The notes under the pieces: model-generated | The model's input: the letters and a program-made list of their open reading frames with translations, nothing else | What the model was told of the DNA's origin: nothing | Databases searched by the model: none | Program-made: the position numbers and the translations under genes | Shown: one piece after another, positions 40,972-50,370 of the stretch | Numbering within the stretch: position 1 is the stretch's first letter | How the letters are laid out: every line of letters starts with the position of its first letter | Assembly (NCBI GenBank): GCA_964291655.2 | Contig: OZ219802.1 | Span: 224,001 to 288,000, forward strand | DNA length: 64,000 bases | Reading direction: 5' to 3' | Source of the DNA: Chloroflexota bacterium | Lineage (GTDB): Bacteria > Chloroflexota > UBA11872 > VXOZ01

Positions 40972-41796
40972 TCATCCGCAACTTCCCCCCAAGTCTTCAT
41001 CGCGCATGAGCCCACTGGGAAGTTCTCCGCCCGCATTGACGCCCAACCCTCTGCGAGCGGTTTCAATGCGGAGCAAGCTATCCGGCAAAACATTGCCAAT
41101 GTTTACGTTGGGGCCGAAAGTCTGCATGAGCCAGCGCGCGAGGGTATCCGGCTCTGAGTAGGTGGTGCCTTCAATCCACGGGCCCGTAAGCTCGAACATA
41201 AGGTTCTCGAGTGGCGCCGCCTTAGTGAGCTGTGCGGCCAGGGTCTTATCTCGCCCATGGCCGAATATTTCCGCCGCCTCCACAAGCACCTTGCTGCTGC
41301 CGGCCTCCAGGCACGCTTGGATGTCCTCTTCGAGACTTACCGTGACGGCCAATCCCTCTTTCTTACCCACTTCGCCATAGACCTCGAGGCCGTACGTCGC
41401 TCGCGCCTTGGCGATTAGCGCCTTCTTTTCGTCCAGGGAAATTGAGAGTAAGTTGTCAGAGACCTCTACAGCATGAAATCCGATCGCTCGTGTTTCTCCA
41501 AAATACTCGTTCACCTTCCCACAGAGCACAGCGTACTCGAGGAATTGCCCGCCAGGATAGGGCGCCACGTCAAACTGCTGGTAGAGGCTGATTTTTTGCA
41601 TTACCAACTCACGCGGCAACAATCGCGCCACCCCCACGGCAAGTTTGGCGGAATCGATATATGCGCTCGCGAGCCGAAGAATGTCCTCTTGCTGGCTAAG
41701 CCCGATGCCAAAGTCAATCATCATTGTTTGACCGGACGTCCGCGGCTTAGCGGGACGCTTCAGCATGGGGATAGCGGAAAAAGCGTATTCAGACAT
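40972..41796 (-). CDS. comA: Phosphosulfolactate synthase (ComA family)
   Basis: KPRTSGQTMMIDFG, YID..K, YPGG..LE, VEVSD, EVGKK, VLVEA, FGPNVNIGNV...ETARRGL. Start set at ATG 41796, not 42054. Confidence 0.85.
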   Translation of the reverse strand: MSEYAFSAIPMLKRPAKPRTSGQTMMIDFGIGLSQQEDILRLASAYIDSAKLAVGVARLLPRELVMQKISLYQQFDVAPYPGGQFLEYAVLCGKVNEYFGETRAIGFHAVEVSDNLLSISLDEKKALIAKARATYGLEVYGEVGKKEGLAVTVSLEEDIQACLEAGSSKVLVEAAEIFGHGRDKTLAAQLTKAAPLENLMFELTGPWIEGTTYSEPDTLARWLMQTFGPNVNIGNVLPDSLLRIETARRGLGVNAGGELPSGLMRDEDLGGSCG

Positions 41797-41807
41797 TGCA
41801 GTATTGC

Positions 41808-42629
41808 CTAAAGAATGCCAAGAATGCGGGCCATGTTGCCATAGAACACCTGGTCTTTGTCCAGCGAATCCGCGCCGAGGCGGTCCAAGAACGCATCGTA
41901 AGCGGTGACAACGTCCGGAATCTCCGGTGCCGTTACATCGGAGCCGAACACCAGCTTGTGGGTAATCCCTGCGCCAGCCACCGCGTTGTACATCATCTCG
42001 TGCACGACTTTGCGATTGCCGTAGCGAATAGTGATCGGCCCGCTGAGGTCCCAATAGACGTTCTCATTCCAACGGGCTACCCACGCGGCTTCAGCAAATG
42101 AAGGTGAGCCAAGGTGCGCCCCAATGAGCGTGAGCTTCGGAAACGCCCGCGCAATCGGATCAAGCATCCAGGGCATCATGCGGGCGGTGCTCACATCCTC
42201 TGACCGCGATCCGCTGCCCGGTGCGCGGAAAAGCTGCCCCGTGTGAAAGAGAATTGGCATATTGCGGGCTTCCGCCCGCTCGTAGAGCGGATAGTACGAC
42301 TTACTGTCGTAGTTTTCCAATGGGCGAATCGTCTTGAGGCCACGAAACCCCATGTCGCCAAGCTCATCGACAATGGTCGGTTCATCAACTCCAAGGCGAA
42401 TATAGCCAAAACCTATGATTAAGTCGGGTTGGTCTTTGATGAGTTTCGCTACAGCATCATGTACGGGCGGATCGCCGGTGGAAAGCAAACACAGCCGCCG
42501 GCAGCCAAGCGCGCGCTCCATGCTGAGAAGATCATCGAGCTGGCGCTCGATGGGAACTTGCGAACCCGTCGGATCGAAGGCCGTCTGCGGATAGTGGACG
42601 TGTGCGTCGATGAAACGTCGGTACGCCAT
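41808..42629 (-). CDS. Amidohydrolase family 2 protein
   Basis: IDAHVH, ILFHTG, IGAHLG, VYWDLS, VFGSD. Confidence 0.88.
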   Translation of the reverse strand: MAYRRFIDAHVHYPQTAFDPTGSQVPIERQLDDLLSMERALGCRRLCLLSTGDPPVHDAVAKLIKDQPDLIIGFGYIRLGVDEPTIVDELGDMGFRGLKTIRPLENYDSKSYYPLYERAEARNMPILFHTGQLFRAPGSGSRSEDVSTARMMPWMLDPIARAFPKLTLIGAHLGSPSFAEAAWVARWNENVYWDLSGPITIRYGNRKVVHEMMYNAVAGAGITHKLVFGSDVTAPEIPDVVTAYDAFLDRLGADSLDKDQVFYGNMARILGIL

Positions 42630-42643
42630 TGCGGAGTCTCCTG

Positions 42644-43522
42644 CTACACACCGAGAGTTTCACGAATACACTGGCGGCTCAAGACGGCATCTTCCTTAAC
42701 CGAGCGATGGGCTTCCATGCCATGCCCTGGCTCGATCTCGACCACCACCCAGCCGCCGTAATCCGAACTCCTGAGCGATCCGGCTACGGCATGCCAATCG
42801 ATAGCGCCGTCTCCGATTGCCTCCACGAGCACGCCGTCGGGCCGGCAGTCCTTGTAATGCACGTACCCGATGCGGGTGCGAAACGAGTCAATGAAGCTTA
42901 CTGCGTCAGCCGTGCCGATAACGCGCGCGGCATTGGCAATGTCGTACGCCAAGCTGATATGCCCAGGATCAAGCTCGAGAATGCGGCGCATTTCACGGAA
43001 CTCGTCTTCCAACTCTGGCCCGTGGGTATGATGGAAGCAGTGTGCGCCGTGGTCGGCAAAAAGGGCACACGCGTCTTGGAGTTGCTTGTTTTGCACCGCC
43101 AATTCCTCATCAGTTTTGGCCCCGCCCTTCTTTGCGGCCGGGCTAATCAAGACGGTGCTGCAGCCGATAGCCTGGGCAAAAGCGGCAATGATCTGCAGAT
43201 TGGGTAACGTTTGCTCGCTGGCAACGTCGTCCGCATAGAAGACGCCGCCCGTATGCAGCGCCGCCAAAGTCAGACCGTGGTCGGCGATGAGCGCGCCGAC
43301 CTCCGCCGGATCGGGCATGGTGGTAGTTTCGCTGTCGCCAGCTGGTGGCGCGCCGCCGGGACGCAGGGCGTTAAACCTGCCACCGGCGAGAAAATGATAG
43401 CCGATTTCCACACCGCCATAGCCGGCTGCCGCTATCTGTTGCAGTACGGTGTCGAGGTTTTCCGCAATCGGAAACTCGCGGAGCCAGGCATTGGCCTGAA
43501 TGCCTATCTGTATCTCGGCCAT
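42644..43522 (-). CDS. Sugar-phosphate isomerase/epimerase (IolE-like TIM barrel)
   Basis: GYGGVE, HTH, YDIAN, YVHYKD, YGGWVVVE. Confidence 0.82.
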   Translation of the reverse strand: MAEIQIGIQANAWLREFPIAENLDTVLQQIAAAGYGGVEIGYHFLAGGRFNALRPGGAPPAGDSETTTMPDPAEVGALIADHGLTLAALHTGGVFYADDVASEQTLPNLQIIAAFAQAIGCSTVLISPAAKKGGAKTDEELAVQNKQLQDACALFADHGAHCFHHTHGPELEDEFREMRRILELDPGHISLAYDIANAARVIGTADAVSFIDSFRTRIGYVHYKDCRPDGVLVEAIGDGAIDWHAVAGSLRSSDYGGWVVVEIEPGHGMEAHRSVKEDAVLSRQCIRETLGV

Positions 43523-43926
43523 TGAATCACCTCTCCCATCGCAGCGGACGATTAGACCATAAACACTCTCATGCCTGTACTCCGCCCGCGTCGGAGCAGG
43601 GAACCGGAGGAAAGGCCGCGCGCAAATGTAAACAACCTCGCGGGGTCAACGGACCCATTGGTGGCTGCAAGAATCTTCAGCTTGTGCCCAAGTCCGGTTT
43701 CCGATCTGTTGAACTGAAGAAAACGTTGGCCGGCTGCGTTACATGAACTCTCCACAAGCGAGATTGCACGCCCAACTATTGCATTGAGTGTTCAACGGCC
43801 CTAGGATACCATGAATTACGATAGCTATCAGTTGGGGCAATGCTCCTTGTGCATGACATGCGCAGGCGGGCACTGTGTTCGTACAGCCGCTCGCACACAG
43901 TCCATAAATCCAATGGGGAACAGCTC

Positions 43927-45285
43927 ATGAATGTCATTCTCATCGTCTCCGACACGTTTCGTTACGACCACATTGGCGCCAATGGCAATCCGGTGATTCG
44001 TACGCCGCACCTCGACGCCTTCGCCGCGCAGTGCGTCAATTTCGACAACGCCTATGTGGGTTCATTCCCGACTGTGCCGCACCGCACAGACCTGCTCACT
44101 GGACATTATGTCTATCAGAATCGGGGTTGGGCGCCCCTGCCGCCAGGGGAGGAAACATTAGCCCCCCTGCTCGGTAAGGAGGGTTATGTCAATCAAATGG
44201 TGGTCGATCACGTGCAACTCTTTGCCCCCGGCATGAACTTCCATCGCGGATTCCACGGCTGGCAGGCGATACGCGGCCAGGCTGGAGAGCCGTATGTCAC
44301 TGATCCGGTGCCGGTCGAACTGCCGTGTGCGCCCGAGAAGATTCGCATGCCTGAGGCGGCGGTGCGCTACATGAAAAACGTCTACTACCGGACGCACGAG
44401 CGCGATCACTTCGTGGCGCAGACGTTTTCCCAGGCAGCGGACTGGCTGGAACGCAACTACACCCACGAGAAATTCTTCCTCTACATCGATACCTTCACGC
44501 CGCACGAGCCGTGGGATCCGCCGCAGCACTACACGGACATGTACGATCCCGGTTACGTAGGCGAGAAGATCTTCTGGCCGCGGTATGACCGCTGCGACTA
44601 TCTGACTGAGCCGGAACTACGGCACGCCCGCGCGCTCTATGCCGGTTCTGTCTCGCTGGTGGATACGTGGTTTGGCCACTTCATCGAGCGGGTCAAGCAC
44701 CTGGACCTGTGGGACGACACCATGATCGTCTTCAACGCCGACCACGGCTTCTACATCGGTGAGCACGGCTACATCGGCAAGCATACCGTGCTTGAACCGA
44801 AGCAAGGCTGGCCCATGTACCGCGAAGTTTCCCGTGTGCCGCTGCTCGTACACGTGCCGGGCGTGGCGCCGCGCCGTACCGATGCCCTGGTGCAGGCAAT
44901 TGACGTGATGCCAACGGTGTTGGACCTGGCCGGAGCGCCGGTGCCGGGCGGCCTCCACAGTCGTTCACTGTTGCCCGTGTTACGCGGCGAAACCGACTCG
45001 CACCGCGATGCTGCTATCAGTTCACCGCTGCTACCCAAAGCAGAAGACGCGCTGGTCTACAGCACGGTCAATGATGGCGAATGGACGCTCATGGATCCCG
45101 GCAAGCGCGGTATCGGGGGAGCGGAACTCTACAACCTGGCAGCCGATCCAGGCGAGGAACAGAACGTGATTGCCGACCATCCGGACGTTGCCCAACGGCT
45201 GCACGAGCGCTACATGAGAGAACTGGCAGCTTTGGACACGGAGGAAGACAGGGTAGCATTGCGCCGCTGGCCGAGTGACTGTTAA
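43927..45285 (+). CDS. Sulfatase-fold hydrolase (Thr at the catalytic position)
   Basis: NVILIVSDT, TPHLD, PTVPHRTDLLTG, PHEPWDPP, ADHG, ELYNL..DPGE..N. Confidence 0.88.
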   Translation: MNVILIVSDTFRYDHIGANGNPVIRTPHLDAFAAQCVNFDNAYVGSFPTVPHRTDLLTGHYVYQNRGWAPLPPGEETLAPLLGKEGYVNQMVVDHVQLFAPGMNFHRGFHGWQAIRGQAGEPYVTDPVPVELPCAPEKIRMPEAAVRYMKNVYYRTHERDHFVAQTFSQAADWLERNYTHEKFFLYIDTFTPHEPWDPPQHYTDMYDPGYVGEKIFWPRYDRCDYLTEPELRHARALYAGSVSLVDTWFGHFIERVKHLDLWDDTMIVFNADHGFYIGEHGYIGKHTVLEPKQGWPMYREVSRVPLLVHVPGVAPRRTDALVQAIDVMPTVLDLAGAPVPGGLHSRSLLPVLRGETDSHRDAAISSPLLPKAEDALVYSTVNDGEWTLMDPGKRGIGGAELYNLAADPGEEQNVIADHPDVAQRLHERYMRELAALDTEEDRVALRRWPSDC

Positions 45286-45303
45286 GCAAGGAAGGAGAGA
45301 GGA

Positions 45304-45732
45304 TGGATTCCCCGCCCCCGCACGGGCGAACTTTCGCGGGAATGACGGACAAAGGTGTGCAAGAATGACGGGCGGGGCAGCGCGAGAGTAACAGGCGGAG
45401 TCGCGCGGGAATGACGTTAACGGATGCGCGTCTTTCCGTCACTCCGGCGAAAGCCGGAGTCTAGGGTTGGCGCGGGATTGTAAATATCAGGAAATTCGCT
45501 GACAGATTTGAGAACAAAAGCAACCTTTCGCAGTGCTAGACATGACTAATACACATGTCATTCCGAACGAAGCGCAGCGAAGAGTCGCTCTTAGCGCGGA
45601 ATCTAGTGTGCTGAAGTCGTTAAAGTGCGTTGAGCAGGGACCCTAGATTCCGCGAACAGGGTTCGACGCTCCGCTCGGAATGACATTCACCGTCAACTCC
45701 TCAGAATTGAGAGCGGATTCTGTCAACGAATT
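45304..45732. repeat. Cluster of GTCAYTCC-type REP-like palindromes, a REP doublet and 23-bp tandem units
   Basis: GTCACTCCGGCGAAAGCCGGAGTC (45438), inverted pair GTCATTCCG..GGAATCTAG / CTAGATTCC..CGGAATGAC (45557-45684), units ending GAATGAC every 23 bp. Confidence 0.75.
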
Positions 45733-45867
45733 ATACTCAACACTTACAGGAATTACAGTCCACTAATCGTTGAAATCCGCTTGGTACTAGGGGGAACGCT
45801 TGGCCGGCCGCCGGTCGCCGCCACTGTGAGTTCAAGCAATCGACCCACATGACATTTGCCACCAAAA

Positions 45868-47151
45868 CTATCCGATTGGGGCAATCCGCTCCATGCCGCC
45901 CAGGTAGGGCCGAAGTACCTCGGGGATGATCACGCTGCCATCGGGCTGCTGGTTGTTTTCCAGAACTGCAGCGTAGAGGCGAGCGGAAAAGGCCAAGCCG
46001 GAGCCGTTGAGCGTGTGCACGAATTCGGGCCGTGCCTGCGCGCTAGGGCGATAGCGCACGTTGATGCGGCGGGCTTGAAAGTCCTCGAAATTCGAGCACG
46101 AAGAGACTTCCTGCCACTTCTCGATGCCCGGGCACCAGACCTCCAGGTCGTAGCATTTTGTCGCAGCAAAGCCAAGCTCGCCGCCGCACAGTTCCAATAC
46201 GCGATACGGCAGTTCGAGCTGCTGCAAGACTGCCTCGGCGTCGGCTCGGAGCGTCTCCAGTTCGTCGTAGGAGGTCTCCGGCGCGACGAACTTTACCATC
46301 TCGACTTTTTCGAATTGATGCAAACGTAGCAGACCGCGCGTATCCTTGCCCGCAGCGCCTGCTTCCCGTCGAAAACAGGGCGTGTACGCGGTGTACTTAA
46401 GGGGCAGTTGCGCGGCGTCGAGGATCTCATCGCGGTGAATGTTCGTCACCGGCACCTCAGCCGTGGGCACGAGGAAGAGATCATCGGGATCGGTACGGTA
46501 CATATCGTCTTCGAACTTGGGAAGCTGACCGGTGCCCGTCATCACCTCGCGCCGCACCACAAACGGCGGCCAGACTTCCTCGTACCCGTGCTTCTGGACG
46601 TGTAAGTCCAACATCCAATTCGCCAGCGACCGCAATAAGCGCGATCCATCACCCTTGAAGAGCGGGAATTGCGCCCCTGCAATCTTTGCGCCTCGCGGAA
46701 AATCGAGAATATCCAATGCCGCGCCGATGTCCCAATGAGCCTTGGGTTCAAAGCCAAACTGCGGCCGGTCGCCCCACTCCGCATGCACGAAGTTCTCTTC
46801 TTCCGTTGTCCCGGAAGGCACACTGCTGTGCGGAACATTAGGAATCTCAAGAATCGATGCCGAAATGCGCTCTTCGATTTCCGCCACGTCGTTATCGAGA
46901 CTCTTGATCCGCTGGCCGACTGCGCGCATTTGCTCTCTCAGAGCACTCATTGCTTCTCTATCCTTGGCGGCGCCGATAGTCTTGGATGTCCGATTACGCT
47001 CGGCCTTCAATGATTCGCTCTCCTGGAGCAATGCACGGCGCTCGCCATCCCATGCCACAAGCTGATCGATGACGCTGGGATCTTCACCGCGCCGCGCAAG
47101 GCCGGACTTCACATCTTCTGTCTGCTCACGAATGCGGCGAATGTTCAGCAT
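45868..47151 (-). CDS. serS: Serine--tRNA ligase
   Basis: [44 protein letters not shown] overlaps the lysS TGA. Confidence 0.97.
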   Translation of the reverse strand: MLNIRRIREQTEDVKSGLARRGEDPSVIDQLVAWDGERRALLQESESLKAERNRTSKTIGAAKDREAMSALREQMRAVGQRIKSLDNDVAEIEERISASILEIPNVPHSSVPSGTTEEENFVHAEWGDRPQFGFEPKAHWDIGAALDILDFPRGAKIAGAQFPLFKGDGSRLLRSLANWMLDLHVQKHGYEEVWPPFVVRREVMTGTGQLPKFEDDMYRTDPDDLFLVPTAEVPVTNIHRDEILDAAQLPLKYTAYTPCFRREAGAAGKDTRGLLRLHQFEKVEMVKFVAPETSYDELETLRADAEAVLQQLELPYRVLELCGGELGFAATKCYDLEVWCPGIEKWQEVSSCSNFEDFQARRINVRYRPSAQARPEFVHTLNGSGLAFSARLYAAVLENNQQPDGSVIIPEVLRPYLGGMERIAPIG

Positions 47152-48662
47152 CACTCAGCCTCCTGGGTGCGGACAGGTGGAAAGAGTATGACATCACGAA
47201 TCGAGGCGCTGTTCGTAAAGAGCATGGCCATGCGGTCGATGCCGATACCAATGCCGCCGGTTGGGGGCATGCCGTACTCCAACGCCGTGAGAAAGTCTTC
47301 ATCGAGGGGCTGCGCCTCTTCATCCCCGGCTGCGCGCTCCTTCACTTGCTCTTCAAGTCGCTGGCGTTGGTCAAGGGGATCATTGAGTTCGCTGAAGGCA
47401 TTGGCAATTTCCAGGCCGCCTACAAACGCCTCGAATCGTTCGACAAGGCGGGGATCGTCTTCTCTGCGCTTGGCCAGCGGCGAAAGCGCTACGGGATAAT
47501 CCAGCAGCAAGGTTGGCTGCATGAGTGTTGGCTCCACACATTCGGCCAAGAGTTCATCTACAAGTGTAGACCACGTAATGCGCTCCGGCACGCCGATGCC
47601 GCGTGATTGTACCTGCGCAAGCAGCGCATCGGTGTCAGGGTACGCGTAAATGTCGATGCCGGTTGCGGACTCGATGGCCTCATGCAGTTTGATGCGCTGC
47701 CACGGCCGCGTAAAGTCCAGTGTTTCATTACCGTATGGCATCTGTGGCGAACCATGGACGGCCAGGGCAACTCGGTAGTAGAGCTCTTCAAGGAGTGACA
47801 TCATGTCGGAATAGTCGGCATATGCCTGGTACGCTTCCAACATGGTGAACTCGGGGTTGTGGTCGCGGTCCATGCCCTCATTGCGAAACGTGCGGCCAAT
47901 TTCATAGACGCGCTCGAATCCGCCTATGAGGCAGCGCTTGAGATAAAGCTCCGTGGCGATTCGCAGGTAGAAGTCCTGGTCGAGGGCGTTGTGGTGCGTG
48001 ATGAACGGGCGGGCAAAAGCGCCGCCGTAGAGCGGCTGGAGCACCGGAGTCTCTACTTCCAGGTAGTCGCGCGCGTCAAAGAATGCGCGCACCTCCCGCA
48101 CCACGTGGCTGCGCTGCTTGAACGTGTGCCGCACTTCAGGATTGGCGGCCAGGTCCAAATAGCGCTGGCGCAGGCGTGTCTCAGTATCCCGTAGACCATG
48201 ATACTTTTCCGGTGGGTTTTGCAGTGCCTTGGCAAGCATGACGATGCGGTGGACCTCTAGGGTCGCCTCGCCGGTGCGGGTGCGGAACAGCACGCCTTCT
48301 GCGCCGATAATGTCGCCGAGGTCATACTGGTCTACGACCGTCGCATAAGACTCATCGCCAAGGATGTTGAGGCGGAGATAGAGCTGGATGCTGCCGGAAG
48401 CGTCGTTGATGTGAGCAAACGCCGCCTTACCCATCTTGCGCACCGTATGGATGCGACCCGCGAGGCGAACAGTCTCCTTTGCTGTAGAGAGCGATTCAAA
48501 GGAGTCGAGTGCAGCGTGCGCCGTGTGGGTGCGATGAAAGCGCAGGGGATACGGATCAATGCCCTTTTCGCGCAAGGCATTGAGCTTGCGGAGGCGGAAG
48601 TCAACTGGCGACTGGCGTGAGCGATCCGCGTCTTTAACGAAGTCTGACGATTCCGTAGCTAT
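47151..48662 (-). CDS. lysS: Lysine--tRNA ligase (class II); proposed ATA start at 48662 (first canonical start is TTG at 48575)
   Basis: [40 protein letters not shown]. Conserved [15 protein letters not shown] extends upstream of the TTG. Confidence 0.95.
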   Translation of the reverse strand: MATESSDFVKDADRSRQSPVDFRLRKLNALREKGIDPYPLRFHRTHTAHAALDSFESLSTAKETVRLAGRIHTVRKMGKAAFAHINDASGSIQLYLRLNILGDESYATVVDQYDLGDIIGAEGVLFRTRTGEATLEVHRIVMLAKALQNPPEKYHGLRDTETRLRQRYLDLAANPEVRHTFKQRSHVVREVRAFFDARDYLEVETPVLQPLYGGAFARPFITHHNALDQDFYLRIATELYLKRCLIGGFERVYEIGRTFRNEGMDRDHNPEFTMLEAYQAYADYSDMMSLLEELYYRVALAVHGSPQMPYGNETLDFTRPWQRIKLHEAIESATGIDIYAYPDTDALLAQVQSRGIGVPERITWSTLVDELLAECVEPTLMQPTLLLDYPVALSPLAKRREDDPRLVERFEAFVGGLEIANAFSELNDPLDQRQRLEEQVKERAAGDEEAQPLDEDFLTALEYGMPPTGGIGIGIDRMAMLFTNSASIRDVILFPPVRTQEAE

Positions 48663-49129
48663 TTTACCTCTTGAATCGTATAAGTCAGCGTGCCGGCGGG
48701 CACTTCGACGGTTACCCGATCACCGATACGGTGACCCATCAAGGCATGGCCTACCGGGCTCTCATTTGATATGCGGTTTTCCAGGGGATCGGATTCCGGT
48801 GCACCGACAATGGTAAATGTCTCGCTATTGCCGTCACCATCCGTGACGATGACCGTTGCTCCCAAATCAACCTCGGCACTGGCATGGTGTTCAGAGACCA
48901 CCGCATCGCGGAGAATGTGCTCGATCTCTATAATGCGGCCTTCCACGAAGGCCTGCTCTTGCTTGGCCTCGTTGTATTCGCCCATATCGGAGAGATCTCC
49001 GCCAAATTCCATCGCCTCATGGATCCGCAGGACGATTTCAGGACGTCGTACGGTCCTAAGTTGCGCTAGCTCTTGGCGAAGCTTGTCTCTGCCTTCAGGC
49101 GTCAGCATATGCTGCTCCGCCATGACCAC
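48659..49129 (-). CDS. greA: Transcription elongation factor GreA
   Basis: LTPEG..KL, GDLS..EY..AK..Q, ISNESPVG.AL.G; AGGAGGG SD. Confidence 0.93.
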   Translation of the reverse strand: MVMAEQHMLTPEGRDKLRQELAQLRTVRRPEIVLRIHEAMEFGGDLSDMGEYNEAKQEQAFVEGRIIEIEHILRDAVVSEHHASAEVDLGATVIVTDGDGNSETFTIVGAPESDPLENRISNESPVGHALMGHRIGDRVTVEVPAGTLTYTIQEVK

Positions 49130-49313
49130 ACCCTCCTATAAAAGAATATGACGGAAAAGAGGCTATCCACTGGTCGCTCTTTTCCAGTCACCCCAATAAT
49201 AACAGGTTCAACTGTCGCCGGTCAACGGTCAGCCGGGCGCGGTTGGAACAAGGAAGCTTGGCTGCAGATCTCCGCCTGCCGGGACTGCTACTTGTGGTGC
49301 GCCGACGCCTTTT

Positions 49314-49340
49314 GTCACTCCGAGCGCAGCGAGGAGTCTA
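49314..49340 (+). repeat. GTCAYTCC-type REP-like palindrome
   Basis: GTCACTCCGAGCGCAGCGAGGAGTCTA, same family as 45438 and 45557. Confidence 0.6.
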
Positions 49341-49389
49341 ATGTTAGTCGGACACCAGTAGAAGTACCGAGCCAACAGGTGGGAGTACT

Positions 49390-50004
49390 TCCTCTCCCCT
49401 CGGAGACCTTTGCATAACCCACGCCAGCGCGAGAAAGTCCCCTCTCCCGGCGGAGAACGTTGCGAAACCCAAACGAAAGCGAGAGTGCTCCCTCTCCCTC
49501 GACGGAGACCTTTGCATAACCCCACTTTCAAGCAGGGGCACTCCCTCTCCTGGGGGAGAGGGTTGGGGTGAGGGGGCCTTTTTGCTACGATGGCCCTTTG
49601 CGTTGTGCAGTGTCAAGACGTATCAGGGCAGAATCGGTGTGCATGTGGAGAGATTTCAGGAGATTCACCCTCACCCTAGCCCTCTCCCGTCGAGGGAGAG
49701 GGAACTATTTCGCTACCGCTTGAGTTGCGCAAAGGTCTCCGGCGGGAGAGGGAGAAGTTCTTGCACCTCCGGCCGTGGTTATACCAAGGTCTCCCCATGG
49801 AGAGGGAAAGACAGATTTACTTCAGGAATTAGATACGCAATGGTCTCCGTCTAGGGAGAGTGAAGCCTCTCGCTTCCGCAAAGGCTGTGCAAGAGCTTCC
49901 TTTAAAGGAGATGGTATTTCCTTACTGCCACTAGAGTTTCGCAATGGGTTTCCGTCAAGAGAGAACAAGCTCTCTCGCTGCGGCGATGGTTGTGCCAAAG
50001 TCTC
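49390..50004. repeat. Inverted CCCTCACCC-CCCTCTCCC/GGGAGAGGG palindrome pair with two outward-running arrays of 50-54-bp units
   Basis: Left arm: GAGACCTTTGCATAACCC-like motifs at 49403, 49453, 49505. Right arm: six units ending in GCAAAGGTCTC-like motifs at 49739, 49793, 49847, 49899, 49952, 50004. Confidence 0.8.
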
Positions 50005-50134
50005 CGCGAGCGCGCTCCGCTAGGTTTTCTCCCGTTATTCGACCCTAAAGGGCGGCGCCGGCCGGAGAATACCGCGACCCGCACCGGTACGGGCGTCGAA
50101 CGCGAGTCACTGCCCTCATGCGTCCTCATTTATT

Positions 50135-50250
50135 GATCTGTGCATTAGATGCTCCCAATACAGTCTGTATCATCATCTGATGTTCTCGCATTAGATGCTT
50201 TTCATATCGTCTGTATCTACATCAGATGGGTATACATTAGATGTGTTCCA
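50135..50250. repeat. 46-bp direct repeat (about 2.5 copies) with CAT-N3-ATG boxes upstream of the giant surface-protein gene
   Basis: CATTAGATG at 50143, 50189, 50235; CATCTGATG/CATCAGATG at 50174, 50220. Confidence 0.8.
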
Positions 50251-50291
50251 TAATTCTTGTCCCAAAAACACTAAAAATAGCAGAAATCCTC

Positions 50292-50320
50292 TTTACAATC
50301 GTTGCTATATCATATATTGT
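50292..50320 (+). promoter_or_regulatory. Putative sigma70 promoter of the surface-protein gene
   Basis: TTTACA-N17-TATTGT with an AT-rich upstream tract. Confidence 0.5.
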
Positions 50321-50370
50321 ATCTGCTTAGAGTAAGGCAAGGGCAAAGACATCCCAAGTAGCAAGGCGTA

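Noticed and set aside
41797-42054. N-terminal extension of ComA given by the ORF track
   Set aside because: Overlaps the amidohydrolase gene in another frame; ComA similarity starts at ATG 41796.
49390-50004. CRISPR array
   Set aside because: Repeats are too degenerate, variable parts are only ~20 nt, the two arms are inverted and no cas gene is in the window. Kept as an unexplained repeat array instead.
50135-50250. CRISPR array or plasmid iterons
   Set aside because: Only ~2.5 copies, the sequence between boxes is itself repeated, and no rep or cas gene is nearby.
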